Below the pieces are notes generated by a model. It did no database searches. It worked only from the letters and a program-made list of their open reading frames with translations, and had not been told where the DNA came from. From an uncultured Deinococcaceae bacterium (GTDB lineage: Bacteria; Deinococcota; Deinococci; Deinococcales; Deinococcaceae), in the NCBI GenBank assembly GCA_964252075.1, contig CAXULY010000030.1, forward strand, positions 1 through 64,000: DNA of 64,000 nucleotides, given 5' to 3'. Shown here one piece after another: positions 1-10,805 of this stretch (position 1 is the first letter of the stretch; every line of letters begins with the position of its first letter). The position numbers and the translations under genes were made by a program.

Positions 1-84
1 ACGCAGGACATGGAGCGCGCCGAGTGGACCCGCTGGCAGGACAAGCTCAGCGCCAACAACGTCAACGTCGGCCCCAGCAACTAA
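1..84 (+). CDS. 3' end of an upstream CDS (partial, function unknown)
   Basis: Frame 1 is open from base 1 (TQDMERAEWTRWQDKLSANNVNVGPSN) to TAA at 82-84, has GC3-rich codons and is followed by a hairpin. Confidence 0.65.
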   Translation, partial: TQDMERAEWTRWQDKLSANNVNVGPSN

Positions 85-107
85 CCTCAACCATAAAACG
101 ATAAGGA

Positions 108-130
108 GAGGGGCGCCACGGGCGCCCCTC
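108..130 (+). terminator. Hairpin, putative terminator or mRNA-stabilising stem
   Basis: GAGGGGCGCC-acg-GGCGCCCCTC inverted repeat just after the upstream stop; the U-tract is weak. Confidence 0.5.
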
Positions 131-244
131 CTCGCGTTTCTGGACCGTGTCAGCCGACCATTAGCGCGAGGGTAACGCTGCCCGTCGCACCCTTTGGTGT
201 CCGCCGCATGAAACGCCGGCAGGTTCGTGACAAAGGAGTGCACA

Positions 245-1312
245 ATGAGCGTCGCGGTCATCACAGGTTCGGCAGGTTTGATTGGTTCTGAAGCCGTCCG
301 GTACTTCGCCGGGCTCGGCATGCAGGTCGTGGGCATCGACAATGACATGCGCGGGGTGTTCTTCGGAGCGGAAGCCTCCACGCGCTGGAACCGCCAGCGC
401 CTGGAGCGCGAGGTGCCCGGGTACCAGCACCACGACCTCGACATCCGCGATTACGCCGCCATCGAGGCGGTCTTCGCGCAGTACGGCAGCGACATCACGC
501 TCGTCATCCACACGGCGGCGCAGCCCTCGCACGACTGGGCGGCGCGCGACCCCTTCGCGGACTTCTCCGTGAACGCCACCGGCACCCTCAACATGCTGCA
601 GGCGACCCGGCAGTACAGCCCGGACGCCGCGTTCATCTTCACCTCCACCAACAAGGTGTACGGCGACCGCCCCAACGAACTGCCGCTCATCGAACTCGCC
701 GAGCGCTGGGAGATTGACCCCGCGCACCCCTACGTGGGCGGCATCCCGGAGGACATGAGCATCGACCAGAGCAAGCACTCGCTGTTCGGCGCCTCGAAGG
801 TCGCGGCGGACGTGTTGGTGCAGGAGTACGGCCGGTACTTCGGCATGAAGACCGTCGCCTTCCGCGGCGGCTGCCTCACCGGCCCGAGCCACTCCGGCAC
901 GCAGCTGCACGGCTTCCTGGCGTACCTGATGAAGTGCGCCGCGACCGGCACGCCCTACACGGTGTTCGGGTACAAGGGCAAGCAGGTGCGCGACAACATT
1001 CACAGCGCGGACCTCATCGCGGCCTTCGCGGCCTTCTATGCGCAGCCGCGCTCCGGCGAGGTGTACAACATCGGCGGTGGGCGCGAGAGCAACTGCTCCA
1101 TGCTGGAAGCCATCGCGCTGTGCGAGGAGATCACGGGCCGCAAACTGAAGTACAGCTACTCCGATGACGCGCGCAGCGGCGACCACATCTGGTACGTCAG
1201 CGACCTCACGAAGTTCAAGTCGCATTATCCGCAGTGGGGCATCACGTACGACGTGCCGCGCATCCTCACGGAGATGCACGAACTCAACCAGGAACGGTGG
1301 GCGGTGAAATGA
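245..1312 (+). CDS. NAD-dependent nucleotide-sugar epimerase/dehydratase (CDP-paratose 2-epimerase-like SDR)
   Basis: GSAGLIG Rossmann motif, [20 protein letters not shown] (F at the YxxxK position), QVRDNIH; AAGGAG RBS before the ATG at 245. Confidence 0.85.
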   Translation: MSVAVITGSAGLIGSEAVRYFAGLGMQVVGIDNDMRGVFFGAEASTRWNRQRLEREVPGYQHHDLDIRDYAAIEAVFAQYGSDITLVIHTAAQPSHDWAARDPFADFSVNATGTLNMLQATRQYSPDAAFIFTSTNKVYGDRPNELPLIELAERWEIDPAHPYVGGIPEDMSIDQSKHSLFGASKVAADVLVQEYGRYFGMKTVAFRGGCLTGPSHSGTQLHGFLAYLMKCAATGTPYTVFGYKGKQVRDNIHSADLIAAFAAFYAQPRSGEVYNIGGGRESNCSMLEAIALCEEITGRKLKYSYSDDARSGDHIWYVSDLTKFKSHYPQWGITYDVPRILTEMHELNQERWAVK

Positions 1313-2115
1313 TCAACCTCGGGGCGCACAGCGTGCTGGGCGTGAACGTGCACGCTGTGGATTACGAGTACGCCACGCGCGCCATCGTGGAGGCCGCCGA
1401 GCGCGGTCAGCCGTGCTCCGTGAGCGCGCTCGCGGTGCACGGCGTCATGACGGGCTTCACGGACCCCGAGCACGCCCGGCGCCTGAACGGCCTGGACCTC
1501 GTGGTGCCGGACGGTCAGCCGGTGCGCTGGGCGCTCGGGTGGCTGTACGGTAAGCGCCTCGCGGACCGCGTGTACGGCCCGGAACTCACCCTGCGCGTCG
1601 CGCGGGCGCTCGCGGAGCGCCACCTGAGCGTGTACCTGTACGGCAGCGAACCGGGCGTGCTCGCGCGCTTCCAGGAGAACCTGCTCAAGCAGTTCCCGGG
1701 CCTGCGCATCGCGGGCGTGGAGGCCTCCAAGTTTCGCCGCACGACGCCCGAGGAGCAGCAGGAGATCGCCGAGCGCATCCGCGCGTCGGGCGCCGACGTG
1801 GTGTTCGTGGGGCTCGGCTGCCCCCGCCAGGAGGTGTGGGCCTTCGAGTACCGCAACCTCATCGGTCGGCCCATCCTGGCGGTCGGGGCGGCCTTCGACT
1901 TCCACGCGGGCACGCTGCGCCAGGCGCCGAAAGGCATGCAGAACGCCGGACTGGAGTGGCTCTTTCGCCTCACGCAGGAACCCCGGCGCCTGTGGCGCCG
2001 CTACGTGCTGCTCAACCCCATGTACCTGTGGAACGTGCTGCTGCAGTACACCCGCCTTCGGCGGTTTCAGGCCATCGGTCCGAACGGCACCGAACGGCAG
2101 CAACGGTACGGCTAG
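1309..2115 (+). CDS. WecB/TagA/CpsF family glycosyltransferase
   Basis: [32 protein letters not shown] and [18 protein letters not shown] motifs; ATGA overlap with the upstream stop. Confidence 0.9.
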   Translation: MINLGAHSVLGVNVHAVDYEYATRAIVEAAERGQPCSVSALAVHGVMTGFTDPEHARRLNGLDLVVPDGQPVRWALGWLYGKRLADRVYGPELTLRVARALAERHLSVYLYGSEPGVLARFQENLLKQFPGLRIAGVEASKFRRTTPEEQQEIAERIRASGADVVFVGLGCPRQEVWAFEYRNLIGRPILAVGAAFDFHAGTLRQAPKGMQNAGLEWLFRLTQEPRRLWRRYVLLNPMYLWNVLLQYTRLRRFQAIGPNGTERQQRYG

Positions 2116-2295
2116 CGCCGCCCGCCGCCACGCGCGGCTGGTGACGCGCCCAGAGAGGAGCGCGCATGCACGAAACGGTCCAGAGGGCGCCAGCCACCCC
2201 CAATGCGGGGCGGTGCATGTGAGCATGGCGCTCCCACCCCAACCACACGCACCACGCTCGGCGGCGCGCGCCAGACAACGGGGTGGGCCATTCTC

Positions 2296-3255
2296 GTGCT
2301 GAAACCCGACGCACCGGTGCCCTCGAACGTCAAGATTTTCGTCGCGGAGGGCACGAACTTCGTGGGCAGCGCCCTCGCGCGCGGCTTCCGGGCCCTGGGC
2401 TTCGGAAACATCGCCGTGGGCGCCGCCTGCGACCTCGACCTGCGCGAGAAGGACCAGGTGAACACCTTCTTCGAGGCGGAACTGCCGGACGTGGTGTTCC
2501 TGATCTCCACGCGCCTGGACGGCCCCGCCACGAACGCCGCGTCGCCCGCGCAGTGGCTGCACGACAGCCTGCTGGGCATGTCGAACGTCGTGCACGCCTC
2601 GTACCTGTACGAGGTGCGCAAACTCGTGTGCGTGGACTGCAACTCCACCTTCCTGGACCTCGCGGCGCCCCCGCCGGACGCCGGGCACGCCTGGGCGGAG
2701 GTGCTCGAGGAAACGCAGCGCGCCTGCCTCGCCGCGAGTCACGCCACCACCGAACTGTGCGACAGTTACCGCCGCCAGTACGCCTGCGACTTCCTGACGG
2801 CCGTCACGGCGGGCCTGTACGGCCCCGGCCTGAACTTCGGCTCGGCTGTCGCGAGCGTCGTGCCGGCCCTGGTGCGCGACGTGCTGCACGCCAAGATGGC
2901 GGGCCTGCCGGACGTGCTGCTGCCTGGCAGCGAGGCGTGGCGGCGCGAGCTGCTGTACCTCGATGACGTCGCGCAGGCCTGCGTGTTCCTCGCGGAGCAC
3001 GTCTCGGAAGCGGGCGCCATCCACATCGGCTCGGGCCGTGACTTCACGCTGCCGGACCTCGCGGGCGCGGTCGGCACCGCCCTCGATTACGACGGCCGCT
3101 TCCACCTGGACGAACGCATGCCACCCAGCGCGGCGCACGGCGCCTTCCGCGCCGACACCCTCGGCCGCCACGGCTGGCGGCCCACCGTGTCCCTGGCAGA
3201 AGGCATCGAGCGCACCTGCCGCTGGTACCTGCAGCGCCAGCTGGCCTACGAGTAA
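2296..3255 (+). CDS. GDP-L-fucose synthase (Fcl)-like SDR with degenerate catalytic motifs
   Basis: Colinear with Fcl (DL..K..V..FF.AE.PD.V, LCDSYRRQY, LYGP, RELLYLDD, GWRP..SL.EGI..T..WY), but GxxGxxG reads EGTNFVG and YxxxK reads CLAAS. The start is uncertain (GTG 2296 or 2317). Confidence 0.75.
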   Translation: MLKPDAPVPSNVKIFVAEGTNFVGSALARGFRALGFGNIAVGAACDLDLREKDQVNTFFEAELPDVVFLISTRLDGPATNAASPAQWLHDSLLGMSNVVHASYLYEVRKLVCVDCNSTFLDLAAPPPDAGHAWAEVLEETQRACLAASHATTELCDSYRRQYACDFLTAVTAGLYGPGLNFGSAVASVVPALVRDVLHAKMAGLPDVLLPGSEAWRRELLYLDDVAQACVFLAEHVSEAGAIHIGSGRDFTLPDLAGAVGTALDYDGRFHLDERMPPSAAHGAFRADTLGRHGWRPTVSLAEGIERTCRWYLQRQLAYE

Positions 3256-3403
3256 CGCGCGTCGGCACGCGCTTTTACCTTCCCTTAGCGCCGCGCTGCC
3301 TAGCGTGAGCGTCGAGACGCTGCCCAGTGAAGCGGGGGTTTCGTCTCGGTCCCTCCGCACCCGCAGAGACACTGGCACGGCACAGCACTGGAGGACAGTA
3401 CAC

Positions 3404-4798
3404 ATGAGCGACGCACAAACGATGAAGGTGGCGGTGGTGGGCACGGGTTACGTGGGTCTGGGCACGGCAGTGATGCTGGCGTACCTGGGGCACGACGTGG
3501 TCGGCCTGGACATCGACCAGAACAAAATCGACGGCCTGCAGCGCGGCGAGCTGCCCATCTACGAGCCCGGCCTGGACCTGCTGCTGCAGGAGAGCGCCGC
3601 CCGCCTGCGCTGGACCACCCGCTACGAGGACGCCATCCCCGAGGCGGACGTGATCTTCCTGTGCGTCGGCACGCCCGCCCTCCCGAGCGGCGAGCCGAAC
3701 CTGCGGTACGTCGCGGAGGCCGCGCAGAGCGTCGCGCGCAACCTGAACGGCAAACTGCAGGTCGTGGTGAACAAGAGCACCGTGCCGGTCGGCACGGGCG
3801 ACTGGGTGGCGCGCCTGCTGGAGGAGCACGCCCCGGATTACCGCGCGGGCCGCTACCTGGTGGTCAGCAACCCCGAGTTCCTGCGTGAGGGCACCGCCCT
3901 CCAGGACAGCCTGTACCCGGACCGCATCGTGCTGGGCGGCGATCACCCCGCCGGCATCGAGCGCCTCGCGCAGCTGTACGCGCCGCTGCTGGAGCAGAGC
4001 TTCGTGGCGCCCACCTTCGTGCCGCGCCCCACCACGTACGCCCGACCGGAACTCGTGACGACCAGCCTCTCGAGCGCCGAGATGATCAAGTACGCCGCGA
4101 ACGCCTTCCTGGCGCTCAAGATCTCCTTCGCGAACGAGATCGCGGGCCTGTGCGAGCGCGTGGACGCCGACATCCGCGAGGTCATGCACGGCATCGGCTG
4201 CGACACGCGCATCGGGCCGCGCTTCCTGTCGGCGGGCGCCGGCTGGGGCGGCAGCTGCTTCGGCAAAGACACCAGCGCCCTGATCTCCACGGGCCGCGAG
4301 TACGGCTACGACATGCCGATCCTGACGGCCGCCGTCGAGGTGAACCGCCGCCAGCGCGCGCTGGTGATCGCGAAGCTGCAGAGCCACCTGCACCGCCTGA
4401 AGGGCAAGCGCGTCGCGGTGCTCGGCATGGCCTTCAAGCCCGGCACGGACGACCTGCGTGACGCGCCCGCACACGACTGCATCGCGCGCCTCGATGAGCT
4501 GGGCGCGCGCGTCATCGCGCACGACCCGATCGCCATGGCGCGCGCCCGCCACGAGTGGCAGCACCTGCGGTACACCGAGGCGGAGAGCGCCGAGGCCGCC
4601 ATGCGCGGCGCGGACGCCGCCATCATCCTGACCGAATGGGACGAGTACCGCGCGCTCGACTGGGACGCGGCGCTGCAGTCCATGCGCGGCGGCGTGATCG
4701 TGGACGCGCGCGACGTGATCCGCGGCACCCCGGCCTTCGGGGTGGTGGAGCAGATCGGCAAGCGCACGGCGCGGCACCTGTACGAGGCCACTGCGTGA
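3404..4798 (+). CDS. ugd: UDP-glucose 6-dehydrogenase
   Basis: [49 protein letters not shown] (catalytic Cys), [18 protein letters not shown]. Confidence 0.92.
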   Translation: MSDAQTMKVAVVGTGYVGLGTAVMLAYLGHDVVGLDIDQNKIDGLQRGELPIYEPGLDLLLQESAARLRWTTRYEDAIPEADVIFLCVGTPALPSGEPNLRYVAEAAQSVARNLNGKLQVVVNKSTVPVGTGDWVARLLEEHAPDYRAGRYLVVSNPEFLREGTALQDSLYPDRIVLGGDHPAGIERLAQLYAPLLEQSFVAPTFVPRPTTYARPELVTTSLSSAEMIKYAANAFLALKISFANEIAGLCERVDADIREVMHGIGCDTRIGPRFLSAGAGWGGSCFGKDTSALISTGREYGYDMPILTAAVEVNRRQRALVIAKLQSHLHRLKGKRVAVLGMAFKPGTDDLRDAPAHDCIARLDELGARVIAHDPIAMARARHEWQHLRYTEAESAEAAMRGADAAIILTEWDEYRALDWDAALQSMRGGVIVDARDVIRGTPAFGVVEQIGKRTARHLYEATA

Positions 4799-5757
4799 GG
4801 CTGCTCGTCACGGGCAGCGCGGGCTTCCTGGGCAGCCACCTCGTCGAGCGGTTCCTGACGGAGGGGCACAGCGTCATCGGCGTGGACAACTACCTGAGCG
4901 GTCAGCGCGTGAACACCCGGCGCTTCCAGCAGCACCCGAACTTCCACTTCGTGGAGGCCGACGTGAGCCTGGGCCTGCCGACCGTGACCGAGCCGCTCGA
5001 CTGGGTGCTGCACTTCGCGTCGCCCGCAAGCCCGCCACACTACCAGCAGTTCCCCGTCGAGACGCTCATGGTGGGCGCGCAGGGCACGCAGCACGCCCTG
5101 GAACTGGCACGCGCGCACGGGGCCAGCTTCGTGCTCGCCAGCACCAGCGAGGTGTACGGCGACCCCATGGTGCACCCGCAGCCGGAGACGTACTGGGGGC
5201 ACGTGAACCCCAACGGCCTGCGCTCCTGCTACGACGAAGCCAAACGCTACGCGGAAGCCATCACCATGGCCTACCACCGCGCGCACGGCGTTGACACGCG
5301 CATCGTGCGGATCTTCAACACCTACGGGCCCCGCATGCGCGCCGATGACGGGCGCGTCGTGACGAACTTCATCTCGCAGGCGCTCGCCGGTGAGGCCCTC
5401 ACCGTGTACGGCGAGGGCCAGCAGACGCGCAGCTTCCAGTTCGTGGATGACCTCGTGGAGGGCGTGACGCGCCTCATGCGGTCCTCGCACCACGAGCCCG
5501 TGAACATCGGGAACCCCGACGAGTACACCATCCTGGAGTTCGCGCGCATCATCCGCGACCTCATCAACCCCGAATTGCAGATCGAGTTCCGACCCATGCC
5601 CGCCGACGACCCCCGGCAGCGCAAGCCGAACATCGACCGCGCGCGTGAACTGCTGGGCTGGAGCCCGCAGGTGACGCTGCACGAAGGCCTGACCCGCACC
5701 GTGGCGCACTTCCAGGAGGTGGGGCGGCAGGGCGAGCGGGAGGAGGTCTGGGCGTGA
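4795..5757 (+). CDS. UDP-glucuronate decarboxylase (UDP-xylose synthase) family SDR
   Basis: [66 protein letters not shown] overlap with the ugd stop. Confidence 0.9.
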   Translation: MRLLVTGSAGFLGSHLVERFLTEGHSVIGVDNYLSGQRVNTRRFQQHPNFHFVEADVSLGLPTVTEPLDWVLHFASPASPPHYQQFPVETLMVGAQGTQHALELARAHGASFVLASTSEVYGDPMVHPQPETYWGHVNPNGLRSCYDEAKRYAEAITMAYHRAHGVDTRIVRIFNTYGPRMRADDGRVVTNFISQALAGEALTVYGEGQQTRSFQFVDDLVEGVTRLMRSSHHEPVNIGNPDEYTILEFARIIRDLINPELQIEFRPMPADDPRQRKPNIDRARELLGWSPQVTLHEGLTRTVAHFQEVGRQGEREEVWA

Positions 5758-6734
5758 CGCCGCCCGCGCCCCAGGTGAGCGTGGTAATCCCCACGCTGCA
5801 CCGCCCCGAGCTGCTCACGCAGCGGGCCCTGCGCTCCGCCCTCGCGCAGACGCTGCGGGACATCGAGGTGATTGTGGTGGTGGACGGCCCGGACCCCGCC
5901 ACCGAGGCCGCCCTGCGCGCCGTGGATGACGCCCGGCTGCGCGTGCTGGCGCTCCCCCGCAACGTGGGGCCGAGCGAGGCGCGCAACCTCGGTGTGGACG
6001 CGGCGCGCGCGCCGTGGGTGGCGCTCCTCGACGACGACGACGAGTGGGCGCCCGAGAAGCTCGAACGTCAGCTGGCTGCCGCCACGACCTCCGCGTGCGC
6101 CCGGCCCGTGGTGGTGTGCCGCTACCGGCTGCCCCACCCGGACGGGGAGCGCCTGGAACCCCCGCGGTTCCCCCAGGCGGGCGAGCGCCTCGGCGACTAC
6201 CTGATGGCGCGCCGCCGCTGGCTGGAACGCGACCACACCCTCATGAGCAGCGTGCTGTTCGCGCCGCGCGCGCTGTTCCGCGAGGTGCCTTTCCGGACGG
6301 CCGCCCGCAGCCACGAGGACTGGGACTGGCTGATCCGCGTGACGGACCTGCCGGGCGTGCAGGTCGAGGGGCTGCCCGAGCACCTGGCGACCTACACCTT
6401 TCACGAGGCGCGCCCGCACGTGGGGAGCGCCGGACGCTGGCGCGCCTCGCTGGCCTGGGTGCGCGGCCTGCACCACGGCCGCCTGCTGAGTGACGAGGCG
6501 CTGGTGGGCTTCGTGGTGTTCCACATCGCGGAGTACGCGGCGCGCGAGCGCCACCTGTCCGCCCTGCGCGCGCTCAGCGCCGTGCTGTGGAGGGCGCATG
6601 CCCGGCCCTTCCAGTGGGCGCGCTTCGCCGCCACGTGGTTGCTGCCACAGCACCTGCGGCGCCAGTGGCGTCACGCCTTCGACACGCGCCTCGGGGTCAT
6701 GCGCTCCGCGGGCCACCGCTGGAGGCCCGCGTGA
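5754..6734 (+). CDS. Glycosyltransferase family 2
   Basis: VSVVIPT, VIVVVDG, ARNLG, LLDDDD and EDWDW motifs; GTGA overlap. Confidence 0.88.
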   Translation: MTPPAPQVSVVIPTLHRPELLTQRALRSALAQTLRDIEVIVVVDGPDPATEAALRAVDDARLRVLALPRNVGPSEARNLGVDAARAPWVALLDDDDEWAPEKLERQLAAATTSACARPVVVCRYRLPHPDGERLEPPRFPQAGERLGDYLMARRRWLERDHTLMSSVLFAPRALFREVPFRTAARSHEDWDWLIRVTDLPGVQVEGLPEHLATYTFHEARPHVGSAGRWRASLAWVRGLHHGRLLSDEALVGFVVFHIAEYAARERHLSALRALSAVLWRAHARPFQWARFAATWLLPQHLRRQWRHAFDTRLGVMRSAGHRWRPA

Positions 6735-6802
6735 GGCGCACCCCGCGCGCCCGGCCCTGGCGCTGCACCCTCCGCCCCCCATCGCCTTGAAAAGGGACTG
6801 CC

Positions 6803-8008
6803 ATGAAGCCCAACATCGTCATCTACCATGAGGACCTGCTGGCCTACTCGGAGACCTTCATCCTGAGTCAGGCGGAGTCCGTCCAGCGCTTCACGCCCCA
6901 TTACGTCGGCACGCGCCGCGTGACGGGCATCGAGACGCCGCGCGAGCGCACCATGGTGCTCAACGATCACTCCCCGCTGGGACGCGCGCGGGAACTGACG
7001 TACAAGGCCACCGGTTTCTCACCGCACCTGGTGTCGCACCTGCGCGCCCTGAACCCTGTGCTGATGCACGCGCACTTCGGTTCGGACGGCGCGATGGCGC
7101 TCCCGCTGGCGCAGCGTCTGCGCCTGCCGCTCGTCGTGACCTTCCACGGGTACGACGCCACCACGCACGACGACCACCTGCGCGCCTCGCGTTCGCTGCG
7201 CAACCGCCGCCTGCTGAGCCGCCGCCCGCAACTTATCGCGTCCTGCGCGCTGATCATCGCGGTGTCGGACCACATCCGGCGTTCGCTGCTCGCGCGCGGC
7301 TACCGGCCCGAGCAGGTCGTCACGCACTACACCGGCATTGACCCCACGCACTTCACGCCCGATCCGGACGAGGTGCGGGAAGCGGCGCCCACCGTGCTGT
7401 TCGTGGGCCGCTTCGTGGAGAAGAAAGGCTGCGTGTACCTGCTGCGCGCCATGCAGGCCGTCACGCAGGCCGTGCCGGGCGCGCGGCTGGTCCTTATCGG
7501 GGACGGGCCGCTGCGCGCGGAGATGGAAGCGGCCGCGCGGGACCTGCACGTGCATGCGGAATTCCTGGGGCGGCAGTCCATCGGGTCGGTGCGCGACTGG
7601 ATGCGCCGCGCCTGGGTGTTCTGCCTGCCCAGCATCACCGCGTCGAGTGGCGACACCGAGGGCCTCCCCACCGTCATCCTGGAAGCCATGGCGAGCGGCC
7701 TGCCGACCGTCACGACGGACAGCGCGGGCAACCCCGAGGCCGTCACGGACGGCGAGGTGGGCTTCACGGTGCCCGAGCGGGACGAGGCGGGCCTCGCGCA
7801 GGCCCTGGTGCGCCTGCTGCGCGACGAGCCGCTGCGCCGCCGCTTCGCGCGGCTCGGACGGCAGGTGGTGCTGGACCGCTTCGACATGAACAAGCAGGCG
7901 CGCGCGCTGGAAGCGCTGTACGAGCGCGCGTCCGCCACCGGGGAGGCGCCGCGCCGCACGCCCACGCGGGTCTTCACGCCGGACACCGAGGGGGTGGGCG
8001 GCACATGA
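6803..8008 (+). CDS. Glycosyltransferase family 4 (WcaL/AmsK-like)
   Basis: SETFI, HAHFG, VTFHGYD, FVGRFVEKKG, EGLPTVILEAMASGLP (ExxxxxxxE motif). Confidence 0.9.
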   Translation: MKPNIVIYHEDLLAYSETFILSQAESVQRFTPHYVGTRRVTGIETPRERTMVLNDHSPLGRARELTYKATGFSPHLVSHLRALNPVLMHAHFGSDGAMALPLAQRLRLPLVVTFHGYDATTHDDHLRASRSLRNRRLLSRRPQLIASCALIIAVSDHIRRSLLARGYRPEQVVTHYTGIDPTHFTPDPDEVREAAPTVLFVGRFVEKKGCVYLLRAMQAVTQAVPGARLVLIGDGPLRAEMEAAARDLHVHAEFLGRQSIGSVRDWMRRAWVFCLPSITASSGDTEGLPTVILEAMASGLPTVTTDSAGNPEAVTDGEVGFTVPERDEAGLAQALVRLLRDEPLRRRFARLGRQVVLDRFDMNKQARALEALYERASATGEAPRRTPTRVFTPDTEGVGGT

Positions 8009-8124
8009 AGACCCCACGGCGTGAACGCCCGTCAGGCGCCGGCCGCCCGCACCCGCGCGTCACGTCCTCCGTCCACCCTGACCGGGCTGCCCGGTCCACC
8101 CCACCGAACAGGGGGCACAGATGA
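8005..8124 (+). CDS. Putative 39-aa bridge ORF between two GT genes
   Basis: Starts in the ATGA overlapping the GT4 stop (8005-8008) and ends in the ATGA overlapping the next start (8121-8124); MKTPRRERPSGAGRPHPRVTSSVHPDRAARSTPPNRGHR. Confidence 0.3.
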   Translation: MKTPRRERPSGAGRPHPRVTSSVHPDRAARSTPPNRGHR

Positions 8125-9035
8125 GCAACGCTGTATGCGCGGTGATCGTCACGTACAACCGCAAAAGCAAGCTGCTGGAGTGCCTGACGCGCCTCCAGCA
8201 CTCCAGTGAACCGCCCGAGGCGGTGCTGGTGGTGGACAACGCCTCCACGGACGGCACGCTGGAGGCGGTGCGGGCGCACTTCCCGCAGGTGCAGGTGCTG
8301 GCGCTGCCCCTCAACGCGGGCGGCGCGGGCGGTTTCCGCGCCGGCATGCGCGCCGCGTACGCGCGCGGCCACGAGTACGTGTGGCTCTTCGACGACGACG
8401 CCTACGTCGACGAACGCTGCCTGGAGCGCCTCCTCGCGCACGCCAGGACCGCCGACGTGACGGTCCCCCTGCAGCTTGATCAGGCGAACCGCAAGTACGG
8501 CGTGTACCGCTGGCGCAACCGCCTCATCGAGGTGGACAAGGACGACGACCGGGCGTTCCCCATCGACATCTTCGCGTTCGTCGGGCCGCTCATTCACCGC
8601 CGCGTCATCGAGCGCGTCGGGTACCCCAGGGCGGACTTCTTCATCTGCGCGGACGACATGGAGTACGCCCTGCGCATCGCCAGCGCGGGCTTCCAGGTGG
8701 TGTGCGTGCCCGGCGCGATCTTCTACCACGATTACGGCGGCAACACGGTGCCCGTCACGCGCTTCGGCCGCAAGAGCGACCGCAGCACGCAACCCGCCTG
8801 GAAAAAGTACTACGCGGTCCGCAACGAGATCCTGATCGCGCGGGACATCCGCGCGTCGCGCGCGCAGCGGCTGTCGGTGCTGCTCGGCATCGCCTCGCGC
8901 TTCGGGCGGGCCGCCGTGGGTGAACTGGTGTACGAACCGGACTTCCTGCAGCGCTGGAAGTACGCGCTGATCGGCCTGATGGACGGCGCGCTCAACCGCA
9001 CGGGGAAGCGCGTGACGCCGAAAGTGGCGCGCTGA
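8121..9035 (+). CDS. Glycosyltransferase family 2 (GlfT1/rhamnosyltransferase-like)
   Basis: AVIVTYNR, VVDNASTDGT, NAGGAGGF, WLFDDD, FFICADDMEY, YYAVRN. Confidence 0.88.
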   Translation: MSNAVCAVIVTYNRKSKLLECLTRLQHSSEPPEAVLVVDNASTDGTLEAVRAHFPQVQVLALPLNAGGAGGFRAGMRAAYARGHEYVWLFDDDAYVDERCLERLLAHARTADVTVPLQLDQANRKYGVYRWRNRLIEVDKDDDRAFPIDIFAFVGPLIHRRVIERVGYPRADFFICADDMEYALRIASAGFQVVCVPGAIFYHDYGGNTVPVTRFGRKSDRSTQPAWKKYYAVRNEILIARDIRASRAQRLSVLLGIASRFGRAAVGELVYEPDFLQRWKYALIGLMDGALNRTGKRVTPKVAR

Positions 9036-9203
9036 GCGTGACCCCGCCGCGCCTCCGCACGCCCCCTTTGCCTTTCTGAAACGCCTGCGCCGCTAGGGTG
9101 CACGGAACGATGAGTTCACGGGCCGCCCGCGCCGTGCATGGCCTCCGGCACGGCGTTCACTCCGGCACGTTGGGTGCAGGTGGAGACAAGGAGAACAACC
9201 TCA

Positions 9204-9281
9204 GTGAAGCAGCCCCACAAGCAGAGTCCTCAACCCACGGCGCTCCCCACCCTCCAGCCCGAACGCGCGGGGGCGGCGTGA
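9204..9281 (+). CDS. Putative 25-aa leader ORF coupled to the flippase
   Basis: AAGGAG RBS, then GTG at 9204; MKQPHKQSPQPTALPTLQPERAGAA; its TGA overlaps the flippase GTG (GTGA 9278-9281). Confidence 0.35.
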   Translation: MKQPHKQSPQPTALPTLQPERAGAA

Positions 9282-10768
9282 GCGACCTGCGCCGACAGAC
9301 CACCGACGCCCTGAAGTGGAGTTACCTGTCGTTCTTCACGAACCTGGCCCTGCAACCGCTGTTCGTGGCGATCCTGGCGCGCCTGCTGACGCCCGCGGAG
9401 TTCGGCCTGGCGGCCATCGGGTCGGTCCTGGCGAGCTTCGGGGCGATGCTGACGGAACTCGGGGTGGGGCAGGCGCTCGTGCAGCGGCGCGACCTCACGA
9501 CGGAGCACATCCGCGCGGCGTTCACGTCCTCGGTGGTGCTCGGCGTGCTGGTGACGGCGGTGGCGTGGGTCATCGCGCCCGCGGTGGGCGCGTCCCTGAA
9601 CAACCCGGCGGTGGTGCCGGTCTTCCGCGGCTTCGCGGCGACCTACGTGGTGGCGTCCGTGGCGGTGGTGTCCTTCAGCCTCCTGCGGCGCGAACTGCGC
9701 TTCAAGCCGCTCATGGTGTCCGAGGTGGCCGCCTACGTGCTCGGTCACGGCGTGCTGGGGCTGGGCGCCGCGTACCTGGGCTTCGGCGCCATGAGCCTCG
9801 TGGTGAGCGCCGCGGCCACCTGGGTGATTCAGCTCGCGGTGACCTACGCCTACGCCCGCCACTCCTTCGCCTTCACCTTTCGCCCCGCCGCGTACCGCGA
9901 CCTGTACAGCTTTGGGGCGCGCGCCTCGCTGATCCGGCTGCTGGAGTTCCTGAGCGGCAACCTCGACACGTACCTCATCGCGCGTTTCTTTGACGTGACG
10001 GCGGTGGGCCTCTACAACCGCGCCTCGAACCTCGTGACGTCCAGCGTCACGAAACTCGCGGGGAGCCTCTTCCGGGTGCTGGTGCCGTCCTTCAGCGCCC
10101 TGCAGCACGACCTGCCGAAGTTGCGCCGCGCGTATATGCTGGGCTTCAGCGCGCTGTGCGTGGTGCTGTTCAGCCTCGCGGGCGGCATCTTCGCCTGCGC
10201 GCACGAGATCGTGATGGTCCTGCTCGGCGCGCGCTTCCTGGGCGCCGTGCCGCTCGTGCAGGTGTTCGCGCTGCTGGTGCCCTTCACGGTGCTCTCCACC
10301 CTCTCGGGCGGCGTGGCGGAAGCCACCGCGCGCCTCAACGTCAAGATCGTCATGCAGGCCGCGCACGTGGCGCTACTGGCGATCGGCTTCACCGCCGTGT
10401 ACCGCATGGGCGGCGGCGTGGTGGCCTTTGCCAGCGTGCTGCTGGTGGCGGGCGTGCTGCGCGCCATCGCCATGGCGCTCATCGCCGCGCGCATCCTGAA
10501 AGGCGGCCTGAAGGACCTCGTCCTGGCGTACCTCAGCGGCGTCCTGTGCGGCGCCGGAGTGGTGGCGGTCCTGCTGGTCGTCACGGTACCGCTGCGCGCC
10601 ACCCACCTGCCCGCCATTGCCCTGCTCGCGCTGGAACTGCTGCTGGGCGGCCTGATGCTTGCCGTGGCGGTGCTGTTCGGGCCGAGCAGCGAACTGCGCG
10701 CCCAGGGCCGACGCTTTCTCCGCCCGGTGCTCGGGCGAGTTGGGCACTGGTTCAGGGCCACCGTCTGA
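9278..10768 (+). CDS. wzx: Wzx/PST family polysaccharide flippase (WzxC-like)
   Basis: ILARLLTPAEFGL, ELGVGQALVQ, LRRELRFK, VGLYNRA; many hydrophobic TM segments; lies within the polysaccharide cluster. Confidence 0.88.
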   Translation: MSDLRRQTTDALKWSYLSFFTNLALQPLFVAILARLLTPAEFGLAAIGSVLASFGAMLTELGVGQALVQRRDLTTEHIRAAFTSSVVLGVLVTAVAWVIAPAVGASLNNPAVVPVFRGFAATYVVASVAVVSFSLLRRELRFKPLMVSEVAAYVLGHGVLGLGAAYLGFGAMSLVVSAAATWVIQLAVTYAYARHSFAFTFRPAAYRDLYSFGARASLIRLLEFLSGNLDTYLIARFFDVTAVGLYNRASNLVTSSVTKLAGSLFRVLVPSFSALQHDLPKLRRAYMLGFSALCVVLFSLAGGIFACAHEIVMVLLGARFLGAVPLVQVFALLVPFTVLSTLSGGVAEATARLNVKIVMQAAHVALLAIGFTAVYRMGGGVVAFASVLLVAGVLRAIAMALIAARILKGGLKDLVLAYLSGVLCGAGVVAVLLVVTVPLRATHLPAIALLALELLLGGLMLAVAVLFGPSSELRAQGRRFLRPVLGRVGHWFRATV

Positions 10769-10805
10769 CCCCCGCACCCCACCACACGCACCAAAGGAGC
10801 TCCCC

